From Octopus sinensis (taxonomy: Eukaryota), in NCBI RefSeq assembly GCF_006345805.1, contig NW_021824843.1, positions 1 through 64,000 on the forward strand: 64,000 bases of DNA, read 5' to 3'. The position numbers and the translations under genes were made by a program. Every line of letters begins with the position of its first letter. The stretch's first letter is position 1. The notes beneath the pieces are model-generated. The model was not told where the DNA came from. It saw only the letters and a program-made list of their open reading frames with translations, and did no database searches. This document shows positions 1 to 12,812 of this stretch, one piece after another.

Positions 1-266
1 GGTCTAACGATATTTATTTCATTACATTACGTTTTATTAACTTAGTAAAAAGAAAATTATACATTGCATGAAGCATATCGTATCATATCGAGTGAAAGAA
101 TATGCTTGTATAGTTCATCCCACAGACATATACAAACCACGTGCACATGCGGCATAGACGCGTGTGTGCAGTTATGTACAGATATACACACTCACACACA
201 CACAAACATACACATAACAGACACACACACATACACACACATACGCGCGCGCATTAGCGTGTGTGT

Positions 267-301
267 CTGACGATGGCTTAAATGGCCGAAACTTGAAAGT
301 C
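267..301 (+). ncRNA. Hammerhead ribozyme core remnant (stem I 5' strand lost)
   Basis: CTGACGA-T-GGC(TTAAATG)GCC-GAAA, stem III ACTT/AAGT, GUC triplet ending at 301. Confidence 0.5.
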
Positions 302-395
302 TTTGTCAATAATATTCATGTTTAGTAATATACCGTATGTGTGCGTGTGTTCGTGCGTGTGTGCGCGCGTATATGCGTGACTGTGTGTGTGTGTT

Positions 396-454
<59 letters not shown>

Positions 455-829
455 GCGTGTGGGTACAGTGAAATATTGGACTATTTGGGGTTGGTCTGTT
501 TAACCACTCAAAGTTACTTGCACCAAACCAGGACAATGAAAGGCCGTCGCCCCATGAAAGGACAAATACATGTCACTTCCATAACAAACGTTTTCTTTCT
601 CTTGGTGGTTTGAAGTGATAGATGTTGCTTCGCAGTGACAATTGTCATGATTTTATATCGCATTTAATCGAGAAAAGACATTTATGTAAGAGTTACGGTC
701 AAAGCCGTGACTCAGCAGTTAAGTCGATAAAAAAAATCATCTATGATTTTCACCTCATTAACAAGCAATACATATATATATATATAATAGTCAAGATAGA
801 AAATGCTAAAATAATTTTATAATGCATTT

Positions 830-865
830 CAGTACCGGTTTCAGTCATTGAGACTTTTTCAACTG
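830..865 (-). ncRNA. Minimal type-I hammerhead motif with U3/A8 core variant
   Basis: Minus strand CAG-TTGAAAA-AGTC(TCAAT)GACT-GAAA-CCGGT-A-CTG; palindromic stem III ACCGGT, GUA triplet, stem I CAG/CTG. Confidence 0.55.
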
Positions 866-1264
866 TAAGTATGGAAAACAATTAAATTTAAGAAAAATTA
901 AAAGAAAAGTTTTTTAAAAGAATATTGTATACTGTTAAAAAAAAATATATATATATATATATATTTGTTGAAATGGAAAGATGAATTTTCTTGTTACAGA
1001 TTATTCAAAAGTTTAACCGATACCTGGGTAGCAAAAATCACAGCAGAAAAAAACACGGTTGGAGATAAGACGATTTGGTGTTGCAACCGTGCGTTGGTGC
1101 GGATAATTGAAGTTTAATATAAATAGTGAATGGAAGAAATGGAGTTGAACGAAGATTGTACAGAATTCCTTTTATTACATTCTACACATGTTTCAAAGGC
1201 CACAATTTTCCAAATTCTGATTAAATAAGGATACCATATTGCAGCTTTCTCTTCAGGAAAAAGC

Positions 1265-2495
1265 AGGAATAACGTTTTGAACCATGAAGAATTTGTACCT
1301 GATTTTTGCAGAGTTTTCGATTTCTTTTAAACATTTTTTTTTGCATTTGTGTGATAATACAGTCAGAGATGCGCCAAATGCATCAATAAATTAACATTGA
1401 TGTTTCATCACCGCTGTTACTGCGCGATCTTCGAGCAATTTTGCTATTCAACTTCAAAAAAGGACGTAAAGCATTTGAAACTGCTCGCGATATCAACAAA
1501 ACGTTTGGTGTGGAATTGACGAGTGAGTGGTGAACTTGAAAATGGTTTAAACGATTTCGCAGTGGAGACCTGAATCTTGAAGATCGTGAGCGGAGTGGAA
1601 GCCCATCTGTCATCGATGACGGTTAGTTAAAGACCGTCATTGAGAAAGATCCACGTAAAACCAATCGAGAACTAGCAAAATGACTTCACGTTAGCCAGAA
1701 AACTGCCTGCAACCATTTGCATGCGATCGGAAAATCAAAAAAGCTCCACAAATATGTACGCCATGATTTGAATGAAAATCAGAAAATGCGCAGATATGAA
1801 ATTTGCTCGTTAATTCTTCTCCGTAACCAGACCGATCCATCTCTCAACCGTATTGTAACTTGCGATGTGAAGTGGATTCTATACAATAATAAAAGCCGTA
1901 CTTCGCAATGGTTTGACCAAAGCGAAGCACCGAAAATCTTCCCTAACACGGAGCTTTTCACAAAGAAGGTTATGTAACTGTTTGGTGGTGTACTGCTGGA
2001 CTCATTCCCTTTAACCACTTAAAACCCGGAAAAACCATTACTGCAGACACATATTGCCATGAAATTGTCAAATTGAACGAAAAACTGCTTGTCCTCCGTC
2101 CTAGATTGGTCAACAGAAGAAGGCCAATCATTCTTCATGACAATGCTTGACCACACGTTTCACTCATGACAATCCAGAAACTGAGGGAACTTGGCTACAA
2201 AGTTCTTTCCCCCTCAGCTTATTCCCCAGACCTTTCTCCTACCGACTACCACTTTTTCAGGCATCTTGCTGGCTTCCTGCGAGCGAAGGAGTTAAAAAAA
2301 ATCAAACCGATTCTGAAAGTGCGTTCAAAGAGTTCATCAGCTCCAGAACCCCAGATTTTTATATTACTGGAATAAACAAACTTGTAACTCGTTGGCAAAA
2401 ATGCGTTGATAGTAATAGTACTTACTTCGATGAATAAAATTTCCGCATTGTTGAAATATATTTTAATGAATTTCATGTTCAAAACGTGCTTACGT
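1265..2495 (+). mobile_element. Degenerate near-full-length mariner (DD34D) transposon, about 1.2 kb
   Basis: Broken transposase across frames: KWFKRFRSGDLNLEDRERSGSP (HTH), IVTCDVKWILY (first D), IILHDNA (second D), [14 protein letters not shown] (third D), ending [12 protein letters not shown] at 2437. TIR remnants CGTTTTGAACCATGAAGAATT (about 1273) and AATTTCATGTTCAAAACG (2469-2486). Several stops and frameshifts. Confidence 0.93.
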
Positions 2496-2516
2496 TTTGA
2501 TACCACACACAAAACC

Positions 2517-2751
<235 letters not shown>

Positions 2752-3146
2752 TGTATGTATGTGGATATATATGTATACATCATCCTTTGTTGCTTTCAGT
2801 CATCAACAAGAAAACCTCAAAGACTATATTGTGCTCCGTTGTGTATGTCGAAATGTAAGCCTTAAAGTTCAACTTTAAGGCTTTATATTGTGGGATGTGG
2901 GCAGAGAACGTGTCCCTTCGACAAGTGAAGGACCTTAATGGCTTTCAGCCCAGAAAGTTTGAATGACAATTACCGACAACGCTAGCGATAAATCACAGAG
3001 TGTGCTGTTTCTAAGTTGCGTCGATAGTTATTCTGAGGTCGTCAGGGAAAACTGCTTCGTTCAAGTTGACTTGAAGGAAACTGAACCAGGGAAAATTCCT
3101 CGCCAAACCACAACCACCAGTAAAAATGAGAAGGTGGAAAGAAAGG

Positions 3147-3182
<36 letters not shown>

Positions 3183-3692
3183 GAAGGGGAGAGAGGAAGG
3201 GAGAGTGATCCACGGCAACAAAAGTAGCGAGAAACATACGGTATTAATAGCTTCCTCCTTATAGTAGTATTAGCTATATATAATGATAGGGGCCATATAA
3301 GGGTCGAAAAACACTGGAAAAGTTTGCAAGGCATTGGAAATGTCTCCGGAAAACGCATTCAAAATTAAATTGGAATGTTTGAGATGAAATCTTGCACGAT
3401 GAAGAGGGATCCATCTCCTTTTAAGAGAAGTGCGCCTCTTTTGAAGAAGAGTCCCCTTCGGCTGAGGTTGTCCCATATTCTATGAAAGGAATCCTTTCCT
3501 CATGACGAGGTATCCATTTGTTCATTGTTTTAAATGGAGTTAACAGCCCTTCGGAGGTCCAACGAAGACATGCTGCAAGATGCATATGAGATACGTTAAC
3601 ATTTCCTAAAGGAAATACTGATTACAGAGGAGATGGAATCAGATTATGAATAACAGACAGTATCAGTTATTGATAAAGTATAGGTTTTAGAC

Positions 3693-4000
3693 ACCGTTCG
3701 GTCATGAAAGTTCCCCTCCGAGGCACACATCCGGGCAAGGTTGTTTCTAGAAGACCAGCAATCGCCCATGCATACCAGCTTCTCCTCTCCACACCACCGA
3801 TGTTGTCCAAGGGAAAGGCAAAGACCGATACAGCTTGGCACCAGGGACGTCATAATTCATTTATACAGTTGAATGAACTGGAGCAACATGAAACAAAGTG
3901 TCTTGCTCAAAAACACAACACACATCACGGTCCGGGAATCGAACTCACCCCCTCATGATTGTGAGTACCATGCTCTAACCACTGAGACACGCACCCTCCA
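3693..4000 (-). mobile_element. tRNA-derived SINE with CORE-like central domain
   Basis: Minus strand TGGAGGGTGCGTGTCTCAGTGGTTAGAGC...GAGTTCGATTCCCGG (A/B boxes), then TTGAGCAAGACACTTTGTTTCATGTTGCTCCAGTTCATTCAACTG (CORE-like). Confidence 0.75.
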
Positions 4001-4794
4001 AGTCGCAAGACACGCAAGACACGGGTATAGTTTGCTCGTATTTAAAGGAACTGTCAATGGATGACATTATTCGAAATCGAGTCGCGGCCATCATGTATTG
4101 ATGTGCTTCTTTGTCTTCTCTTTCTCATACGTATTCAAGAGATTCTGATCTCACGTTTGCAACTGAGACACATGATACGCCATTTATTTTGCTGATAGCA
4201 GCAAGCAAATTGTACGTAACCATTTACATATTAGTGAACCTACCTGATACAACTTATCACTAATATGATAGCATGAACACTTAAAAACGTGATACTGCAT
4301 TGAAGCACCATAGCATTGGTCAACGAATCAAACCTAGCATGTTCTAGTTTATCTGCTCTACGATATATTATACACTTAATTCCTGTTTTTCTAAATCTCC
4401 AAGCGTATTCAGTGGATTACTACAGGATGCCTCATACAAACACAGCACAAAACACACAAACACACACACACACCTAGGTGAAGGTATTATGTTACAGAAG
4501 GTATTGCTAATTGCAGTTGTTTATGTTGATATGTTCATATTGAATTTACTTTCGGTTCTACTGAAAGGGCACACCGTCATAACATCATATAGCATCAACA
4601 TTCCTTGTGACGGAAACACGTCAATACTAATATATTTAACTAGTTAGATATTTTGTTCTTTTCTTCCCTTTCTCTCTATCGCTATCAGTGTGTATGTGTG
4701 TGTGTGTTTATATATATCCGTGTATGCGCTGTATGTGTGTGTATATGTGTTTGTGGGCGTGTGTGTGTGTGGATTCATGTAGGTACATATACAT

Positions 4795-4811
4795 GTCTAT
4801 CTATCTATCTG

Positions 4812-4888
<77 letters not shown>

Positions 4889-4894
4889 GTGTCA

Positions 4895-4964
<70 letters not shown>

Positions 4965-4970
4965 GTGTCA

Positions 4971-5055
<85 letters not shown>

Positions 5056-5070
5056 CCTATCTATCTATTT
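4795..5070. repeat. (TCTA)n tetranucleotide microsatellite
   Basis: Directly visible. Confidence 0.98.
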
Positions 5071-5405
5071 ACCCTCATCGTTTAACTGAGATACGTTTGT
5101 TGTTTTCTCTCTCCTTTTTATTCTCCTCTCGTCAATTCTTTTTGTAGAATTACTCGTGCTCGAAACGCAAAATCTTTTCTTTCTTTTCTTTTCCTGGGTG
5201 TAAATCCAATACACTTTCATATTATTTTTTCACCCCGTCTTCGTGCAATATATATATATATATTAATCAGCCGAAATTTGGTATGATGATCCGGTTTCTG
5301 ACTGAAGATTAAAGGCTTCGAATGACCCGTCTGTTTTCTGTGTTCGTCCCTTTGTGTATTTCACGTTCTTGTTTCTTTATATATAATTTTTATACCTATA
5401 TATAT

Positions 5406-5463
<58 letters not shown>

Positions 5464-5723
5464 GGTGAGATCCAAGGATCAAGGTGTAGGAAAAGTAGTG
5501 CTTTATTGACGAAGAAGTTGGTCAATTTTTCCCATATAGAAGTTCGATAAACTGAAATAAGTCATTTTATAGTTTAAGGTTAGCGACTGGGAATGTTGTG
5601 TATGGAAATAAAAGACAAAGGTGTTGATGTTGGTGACGTCAGAAGTCTGAATGGTGGTGTATATGTCACTTGTGTTGGCGATGGTGGTGGTACTGTTGAT
5701 GCTGATGGTTGAAAACAATCAAC

Positions 5724-5786
<63 letters not shown>

Positions 5787-5984
5787 GAGAGAAAGAAAGA
5801 GGTTAGATAAAATATATTGTACTGACTCCCGAACGGGAAGACAAAAAATGTTTTTTATCATATAGCTTTGCAATAAGTTCAAAATCGACATTTTATATCA
5901 TTGTTTTGATGAAAATTGTTCATTGTTTAAAAAATATTGGTCAAGTTTAATAAAATTTAAGATGTATTCAATGCATGATGTGTT

Positions 5985-6175
5985 AATATTGGGCCCAAGT
6001 GTCCCACAGGAGCTAGCTTAAAGGGCACCCGAGAGGGCAGCTTTTAAGCTAGTTTTACTATAATGGGCGTTATGTCCGTCTGTCTGTCTGTTCCCTCTTC
6101 ATGGTCAAACGGCTGGACCAATGATCACGATATTTTTCGGGATTACGAAGGAAATAATCAGGAAGGTTTTCAGCG
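5985..6175 (+). mobile_element. Probable non-autonomous Helitron/HINE-like fragments
   Basis: GC-rich segment ending GCTAG|T at about 6052, followed by TGTCCGTCTGTCTGTCTG...AAACGGCTGGACCAAT, typical of DINE-1/Lep1-like elements. Confidence 0.4.
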
Positions 6176-6194
6176 AAAAAATGTGAGTTGGAAT

Positions 6195-6590
6195 AAGCAC
6201 CAGATCAGTACATTAACGGAGAATTTGTGTATGAAATGACTGTCGGCGAAACTGGTCCCAAAGTGCTGGAGGAGCAGCAGAATCGAGTTTGCATGGAAAT
6301 CTCTCTGGATATGCTGGACTGTGCAAAAGACAACCCAGACTTCATGAAGACCATCATCACTGGTGATGAGGCATGGGTTTATTGTCTCTGCTCGATGCGT
6401 TCGATCATCTTCCATGAAAACGTAAATCTGAGGACCGCGCACTACACGTCTGTACGCTAAGCGTAATAGCCGGGAACTGACGCAGCATACGCAGGAAGTG
6501 TTGCATCATCTCCCACCCAAAGAATTTTGCCCTGGCGTCATTAGTTTTGGCAGCAGAAATTAAAGACAGATACGGTTTGAACGCACCTCG
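6195..6590. mobile_element. Rearranged mariner fragment
   Basis: Plus-strand transposase piece SAKLVPKVL...DFMKTIITGDEAWVY abuts an inverted 5' end (minus: TA-CGAGGTGCGTTCAAACCG TIR...MIERIEQR start region); TA at 6591. Confidence 0.75.
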
Positions 6591-7098
6591 TATATATATA
6601 TATATAAGTATAGGATTGGGACTGTTTCCTTGTCATGCAGTAACCGTAACAAAATTTGGGGGCTCGTCCGGGAAAGATTTCACTGGACATTTTGGGACAT
6701 TTTATAACAAAAAAAAAAAACTCTTTCAAATTGCTGCATTTTTCTTTTTGCAAATAGGTTAATGGTGAAACCAGCAAATAAGGCATTTGAAAAAGAAATA
6801 CCGTTGTCATCTTCGACATTGAACTCTCTGTTATCAAGAACTCACATCTTCAATTTATACTTCTTGGACCCATTATTCTGGTGACTATTTTACCCTGACC
6901 AATATTTCGCTATTGTCTCAATTTTGTTGTAACAACTCTGTACCGCCATTATTGTAAATTTTTACCATATTTCTCAATACATAACTGAATTATACAGACC
7001 TGTTTGTTTTACTTGCTAGTTTCGAGCGGGGTTTGTTTCCTTGTCATGCAGTAACCGCGACAATATATATGTGTAATAGAGATGATATCTGTTGTCAG

Positions 7099-7485
7099 CG
7101 TGGAGGCGCAATGGCCCAATGGTTAGGGCAGCGGACTCGCGGTCATAGGATCGCGGTTTCGATTCCCAGACCGGGCGTTGTGAGTGTTTATTGAGCGAAA
7201 ACACCTAAAGCTCCACGAGGCTCCGGCAGGGGATGGTGGTGATCCCTGCTGTACTCTTTCACCACAACTTTCTCTCACTCTTACTTCCTGTTTCTGTTGT
7301 ACCTGTATTTCAAAGGACCGGCCTTGTCACTCTCTGTGTCACGCTGAATATCCCCTAGAACTATGTTAAGGGTACACGTGTCTGTGGAGTGCTCAGCCAC
7401 TTACACGTTAATTTCACGAGCAGGCTGTTCCGTTGATTCGGATCAACCGGAACCCTCATCGTCGTAACGGACGGAGTGCTTCCAC
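7099..7485 (+). mobile_element. tRNA-derived SINE, family A (full length)
   Basis: A box TGGCCCAATGG, B box GTTTCGATTC; 12-bp TSD ATCTGTTGTCAG at 7087-7098 and 7486-7497. Confidence 0.92.
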
Positions 7486-8159
7486 ATCTGTTGTCAGTGT
7501 ATTTAGAATTACATTTTTCCATTGTCCCTTCAAAAAAGCCTAGAGGGTATGATTTAAGAACATCTGGCTGCAATTGTTTTTTCTTTTTTTATCAAATCAA
7601 GTAGATGTTTCCTTGTTAGTGATCCCACGCTCTCTAATTATGTATCGGTGGTATTATTACAGATCCTACAGAAAAGAAACATTTTGTTTTGTAAAATATG
7701 TCAGAATATGTTACTAAATGAATTTATCGTTGTTCCCTTCCTATTCTCTCACACAATGAATTTATATGATTGTATATTGTTCTTTCCCTATTTTCTCTCT
7801 TTTCTCTTTAGTATCAGCGAATAAAACAGGATTAAGTTTCATATGTACATACCAACGATTCCCTGGTTTCTTTTACCTCTAACTAATTCGGTAACGAGGT
7901 AACGACACAGAAGCGCAGCTATGAAATTCCAGGAAATATCAACAAGAATAATGTTACCGCCACAGCTATGAGATCCACACTGGCCCACCCCCCATCATTA
8001 TCATTATTATTATCTTCATCATAACCAGCACCGGCAGCACACCATCAACAGCAAAGTCAACAGCATAGAAAAATCCCCACATCCGACAACAATAACAACA
8101 ATCTATACCGTGAAAATAAGTTGATAGATGCGTAGGGTTAACCAGAGAAATGGAGGCGA

Positions 8160-8243
<84 letters not shown>

Positions 8244-8269
8244 ACATACACATATATATATATATAATG

Positions 8270-8656
8270 AGACGCAAGCACGCCAGTGGTTAGGGCAGCG
8301 GACTCGCGGTCATAGGATCGCAGTTTCGATTCCCAGACCGGGCGTTGTGAGTGTTTATTGAGCGAAAACACCTAAAAGCTCCACGAGGCTCCGGCAGGGG
8401 ATGGTGGTGAACCCTGCTGTACTCTTTCACCACAACTTTCTCTCACTCTTACTTCCTGTTTCTGCTGTACCTGTATTTCAAGGGGCCGGCCTTGTCACTC
8501 TCTGTGTCACGCTGAATCTCCCCGAGAACTACGTTGGGGGTACACGTGTCTGTGGAGTGCTCAGCCACTTACACGTTAATTTCACGAGCAGGCTGTTCCG
8601 TTGATTCGGATCAACCGGAACCCTCGTCGTCGTAACCGACGGAGTGCTTCCATCCA
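8270..8656 (+). mobile_element. SINE family A copy
   Basis: Near-identical to 7099-7485. Confidence 0.9.
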
Positions 8657-8766
8657 TATATATAAATATATATATACACAGACACACACACGTACATATA
8701 CATATGTATGTACGGATGTATGTATGTATATATACACACATGCATAAATACATGCATGAGTATATA

Positions 8767-8888
8767 AAGTCGTGGTCAAAAGGTTGGAACATTTAAAAAA
8801 AATTGTTTTGCCCAAGCGCAAAACTTTGGACATTTAAATTTAAAAATTCTAATTTTCAGACCTATATTCCAAGATTTTGGTCACGACT
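8767..8888. mobile_element. Tc1-like MITE, about 120 bp
   Basis: Imperfect TIRs AGTCGTGGTCAAAAGGTTGGAA / TTCCAAGATTTTGGTCACGACT in TA-rich flanks. Confidence 0.6.
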
Positions 8889-8934
8889 ATATACTTTTAC
8901 CAGGTGCATATTACTAGGTTCGCCTTGAAATGCA

Positions 8935-9560
8935 GGTGACCGACCGGATAGACCCTTAAAACCATTAGAACAGAAAGCAGCAAGCTATGATGGTCCCCTA
9001 GAGGACTCTTTTCTTAAACCATCTTGACTATTGCTCCAAACGATGGTCACCACAGAGTGTGAGATTCATATCGGAGCTCGAAGCAGTCCAGCGAAGCTAC
9101 ACAAGAAGGTAGCTTCTATGCGCCAAATTAGCTACTGGGAAGACTCAAGATGTTAAGACTTGACTCCTTGGAAAGAAGGTGGGCAAGATATGTTGCCAAT
9201 GTACATCAAGAAGATCCTGGAAGCGCTTGTTCCAAACTTTAGCTTTGAAAGTTATACAAACACCAGAAGAGGGCGCTGTTGTATAGTGACTAAAACCAAT
9301 TCCCTGCCATCAGAGTACATGACCAGATACTACAATGGTTTGGGGTTCAAGGGGCCACAGCTCTTCAATATCCTTTCAAGGGAGGTGAGAGACCTACAGG
9401 TTTTAGACATGAAAGATCTACATGTCTTCAAAACTAAACTGGAGCTCCCACTCTCAAGTGTCCCAGATGAGTCAACTCATAGCAAGAAGTGGGAGTGATG
9501 GCAGCAGCTTTAAGCTCTCTCATGCACCAAATATCAGCTATCAAAGAAGGATTAATGAAG
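8935..9560 (+). mobile_element. CR1-like LINE, degenerate 3' end of ORF2
   Basis: HLDYCSKRWSP, ELEAVQRSYT, LRLDSLERR, LGFKGPQLFNILSREVRDL, VFKTKL...SSVPDE across frameshifts. Confidence 0.85.
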
Positions 9561-10091
9561 GTGTAGCAACACTAGTTGGCTCTGCTACAGTTCTTGAACT
9601 GTAACTAAAAGAAAAAGAAATATAGTTTAAAGGTATTTATAAGAATTAAGTATTTATAAGAATTAATTCAAGCTGTAATCATTTGTGGTTGAGTAGGCAT
9701 TTACTTTCCAAAATAATGGCCATCCGCTGGGTGAAAGTGATTGACCGTAACCCAAAAAATATATGTAAGCATTAAGGTCAAGGGAATATTAATTAAAACT
9801 TCCGTTGTGTAAATTCGAACGAACGGTTATAAAAATACACTGGCGGAGAAAGATTTTATCAGATTGAGACAGTGATTAGAAGTGAAAGTGGAAATGAAAA
9901 GATGAAAGTTAATATAAGAGCAAATCAGGATAAATAAATAAACAAATAAATATATATGTATATGTCTGTGTATGTGTATGGTGTGTGTGCATGTATATAT
10001 TATATATATATATATATATTATATATATATATATTGTATATTATTATATTACACATATGTATATATACACATATATACACACAGACACACA

Positions 10092-10162
<71 letters not shown>

Positions 10163-10254
10163 TATGTCTACATGAGATAATATATTTAAGATTGTGACAG
10201 ATGACTTAATCTTAGCATCAGCAACAACAAATTCAGAAATTTCAACAACTAATA

Positions 10255-10428
10255 GGCGCAGGAATGGCTGTGTGGTATGTAGCTTGCTTACCAACCACAT
10301 GGTTCCAGGTTCATTCTCACTGTGTAGCACCTTGGGCAAGTGTCTTCTGCTATAGCCTCGGGCCGACCAATGCCTTGTGAGTGAATTTGGTAGACGAAAA
10401 CTGAAAGAAGCCTGTCGTATATATATAA

Positions 10429-10475
<47 letters not shown>

Positions 10476-10686
10476 TGTTTGCGTGTCTGTGTTTGTCCCT
10501 CCAGCATCGCTTAACAACCGATGCTGGTGTGTTTACGTCCCCGTAACTTAGCGGTTCGGTAAAAGAGACCGATAGAATAAGTACTAGGCTTACAAAGAAT
10601 AAGTCCTGGGGTCGATTTGTTCGACTAAAGGTGGTGCCCCAGCATGGCCACAGTCAAATGACTGAAACAAGTAAAAGAGTAAAAGA
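10255..10686 (+). mobile_element. tRNA/CORE-like SINE family B with internal microsatellite
   Basis: tRNA-like head, CCTTGGGCAAGTGTCTTCT CORE-like block, (TA/TG)n, tail CCAGCATGGCC...GACTGAAACAAGTAAAAGAG; inverted copies at 38518-38921 and 46809-47230. Confidence 0.88.
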
Positions 10687-10927
10687 TATATATAACAATA
10701 TCTGTTTCAACACACGACTTCACATAAAAAATCTTGCACAACAAATATAAAACGTAATATATATATATATATAATATATATATATATATATAATATATAT
10801 ATATAATTATATGTAGGTCCCGGTTGATTCGGGGTTAACCACAGTAAATAAGGTACTCAATACATAGCAGAGTAAAATTAATTTATTATATAGAAGGAGC
10901 TTCTACAGGACTAGAACTACAGGACTA

Positions 10928-10980
10928 GAGCTTCCTGAAGATTTCTCTTGAATGAAACAGTTCTAGTCCTGTAGAAGCTC
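10928..10980 (+). ncRNA. Type-I hammerhead ribozyme motif in a Penelope-type terminal repeat
   Basis: Stem I GAGCTTC/GAAGCTC, core CTGAAGA, stem II TTC(TCTT)GAA with a U-U closing mismatch, GAAA, stem III ACAG/CTGT, GUA triplet at 10971-10973. Confidence 0.7.
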
Positions 10981-10994
10981 CTTCTATATAATAA

Positions 10995-11047
<53 letters not shown>

Positions 11048-11399
11048 ATATTTACATATATATATAGATATATATATATTTATAAATAAGGATAATATCG
11101 ATATTTAAATATCGATATTATCAAGTGGGAAAAATAGTGTACAAAGGTAATAATTTTTTTACAACTAAAAATAAGGGGGTCTGAGAGACACCACTATGCC
11201 GAAATAGCAGTCAAAACCGTGTCTTTAAAAACCACGTTAAATGTTCATATCGTACCATGAGATAAGACAGAGGGACAAAATAGACTAGCAAAAAGATATT
11301 ACTGAATGATTCAAGATCCTGGATTTCTGATTTTGCTTTAAATAAGCTTTACCGTCATCGGTTGAATATATCAAAAGTACATAAATACAGATATAGTTG

Positions 11400-11469
<70 letters not shown>

Positions 11470-11960
11470 ATATATATATAATATATATATATATATTATA
11501 TCATAATGTTTGAAAAGTGCAGAACTGTGTCCTGTTAATATTTCTTTCCCACTTAAAGAATGTCATATTACTTTGAAGTAATTTTAAATGAATATAAAAA
11601 AAAATTTAAACTATAAAGTGTATTTGCATATTAAACTTAAGTTATAATGCTTGATATTACAAGATTCCCTTGTTTTAAATGTCAACTTCTGTTTGAATTC
11701 CATATGTAAACAAACAGCTTTACTTCGCGTTTTAAAAATGTAATAAAGCGAAAAAAAACCCCAACAAAGCAAGTGAGTAAACTATTTTAAAAAGCATTAT
11801 GTAGTGCAGAAACAATAATCCCTATCTAGTAGAATTTAGCTTTCAAATTGTGTTAGATTGCAGCCATGCTGAGGTACCGCCTTGAAATTATTTAGTCAAT
11901 AATATCGTCTGCCAACACAATTCTTCTTACATCGTCAGATGTGTGTTGCCTTATCATATA

Positions 11961-12344
11961 GAAGCACTCCGTCGGTTACGACGACGAGGGTTCCGGTTGA
12001 TCCGAATCAACGGAACAGCCTGCTCGTGAAATTAACGTGTAAGTGGCTGAGCCCTTCACAGACACGTGTACCCTTAACGTAGTTCTCGGGGATATTCAGC
12101 GTGACACAGAGAGTGACAAGGCCGGCCCTTTGAAATACAGGTACAACAGAAACAGGAAGTAAGAGTGAGAGAAATTTGTGGTGAAAGAGTACAGCAGGGA
12201 TCACCACCATCCCCTGCCGGAGCCTCGTGGAGCTTTTAGGTGCTTTCGCTCAATAAACACTCACAACGCCCGGTCTGGGAATCGAAACCGCGATCCTATG
12301 ACCGCGAGTCCGCTGTCCTAACCACTGGGCCATTGCGCCTCCAC
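11961..12344 (-). mobile_element. SINE family A copy
   Basis: Reverse complement of family A; near-TSD GTTGC(C/T)TTATCA at 11945-11956 and 12345-12356. Confidence 0.9.
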
Positions 12345-12812
12345 GTTGCTTTATCAAGAGCGTCAAGAAAAGAAAATATAAAAGTATTAAGCGAGGTAAT
12401 GAAAAGGGTCCATTTGCTGACAGTCGTGTCTGCAAAGAAAATCCTACAGTGATGTGAGACATTCATTACTCTCTTTTAATTGAAATGTATTTAAGTTCCT
12501 TTTTAATTGCTAGGAAAGGGACACTAGAAACACTTAAGTGAATATAATGAAACAATAATATAGCAAAACTCAATTCTTCATATTGGTAAATGTTATTTAT
12601 TAATTCCCACCAGAGCATCTATTTTCAAATTTAAGTCAAGTGAAGATTCATGAACATTTTCCCTTGACAGCATCATGTCTTTTCCAATTTTCATTATCGT
12701 CTTTTTCAAATATATCATCGATTATTTTACTGATTACAGAATAAAACTATAACTGAGTCTTTGTTCAATTCAAGACCATATTGTCAATTTACTCTATAAT
12801 TTATGTATCATA

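Noticed and set aside
1192-1256. Minus-strand CTGAAGA...GAAACATGT hammerhead-like motif
   Set aside because: Position 17 would be G, stem II is long and poorly paired, and the stem I side is disrupted by the mariner.
7099-7175. tRNA-like heads as real tRNA genes
   Set aside because: They lack a complete acceptor stem and continue into repeated bodies with TSDs, so they are SINE heads.
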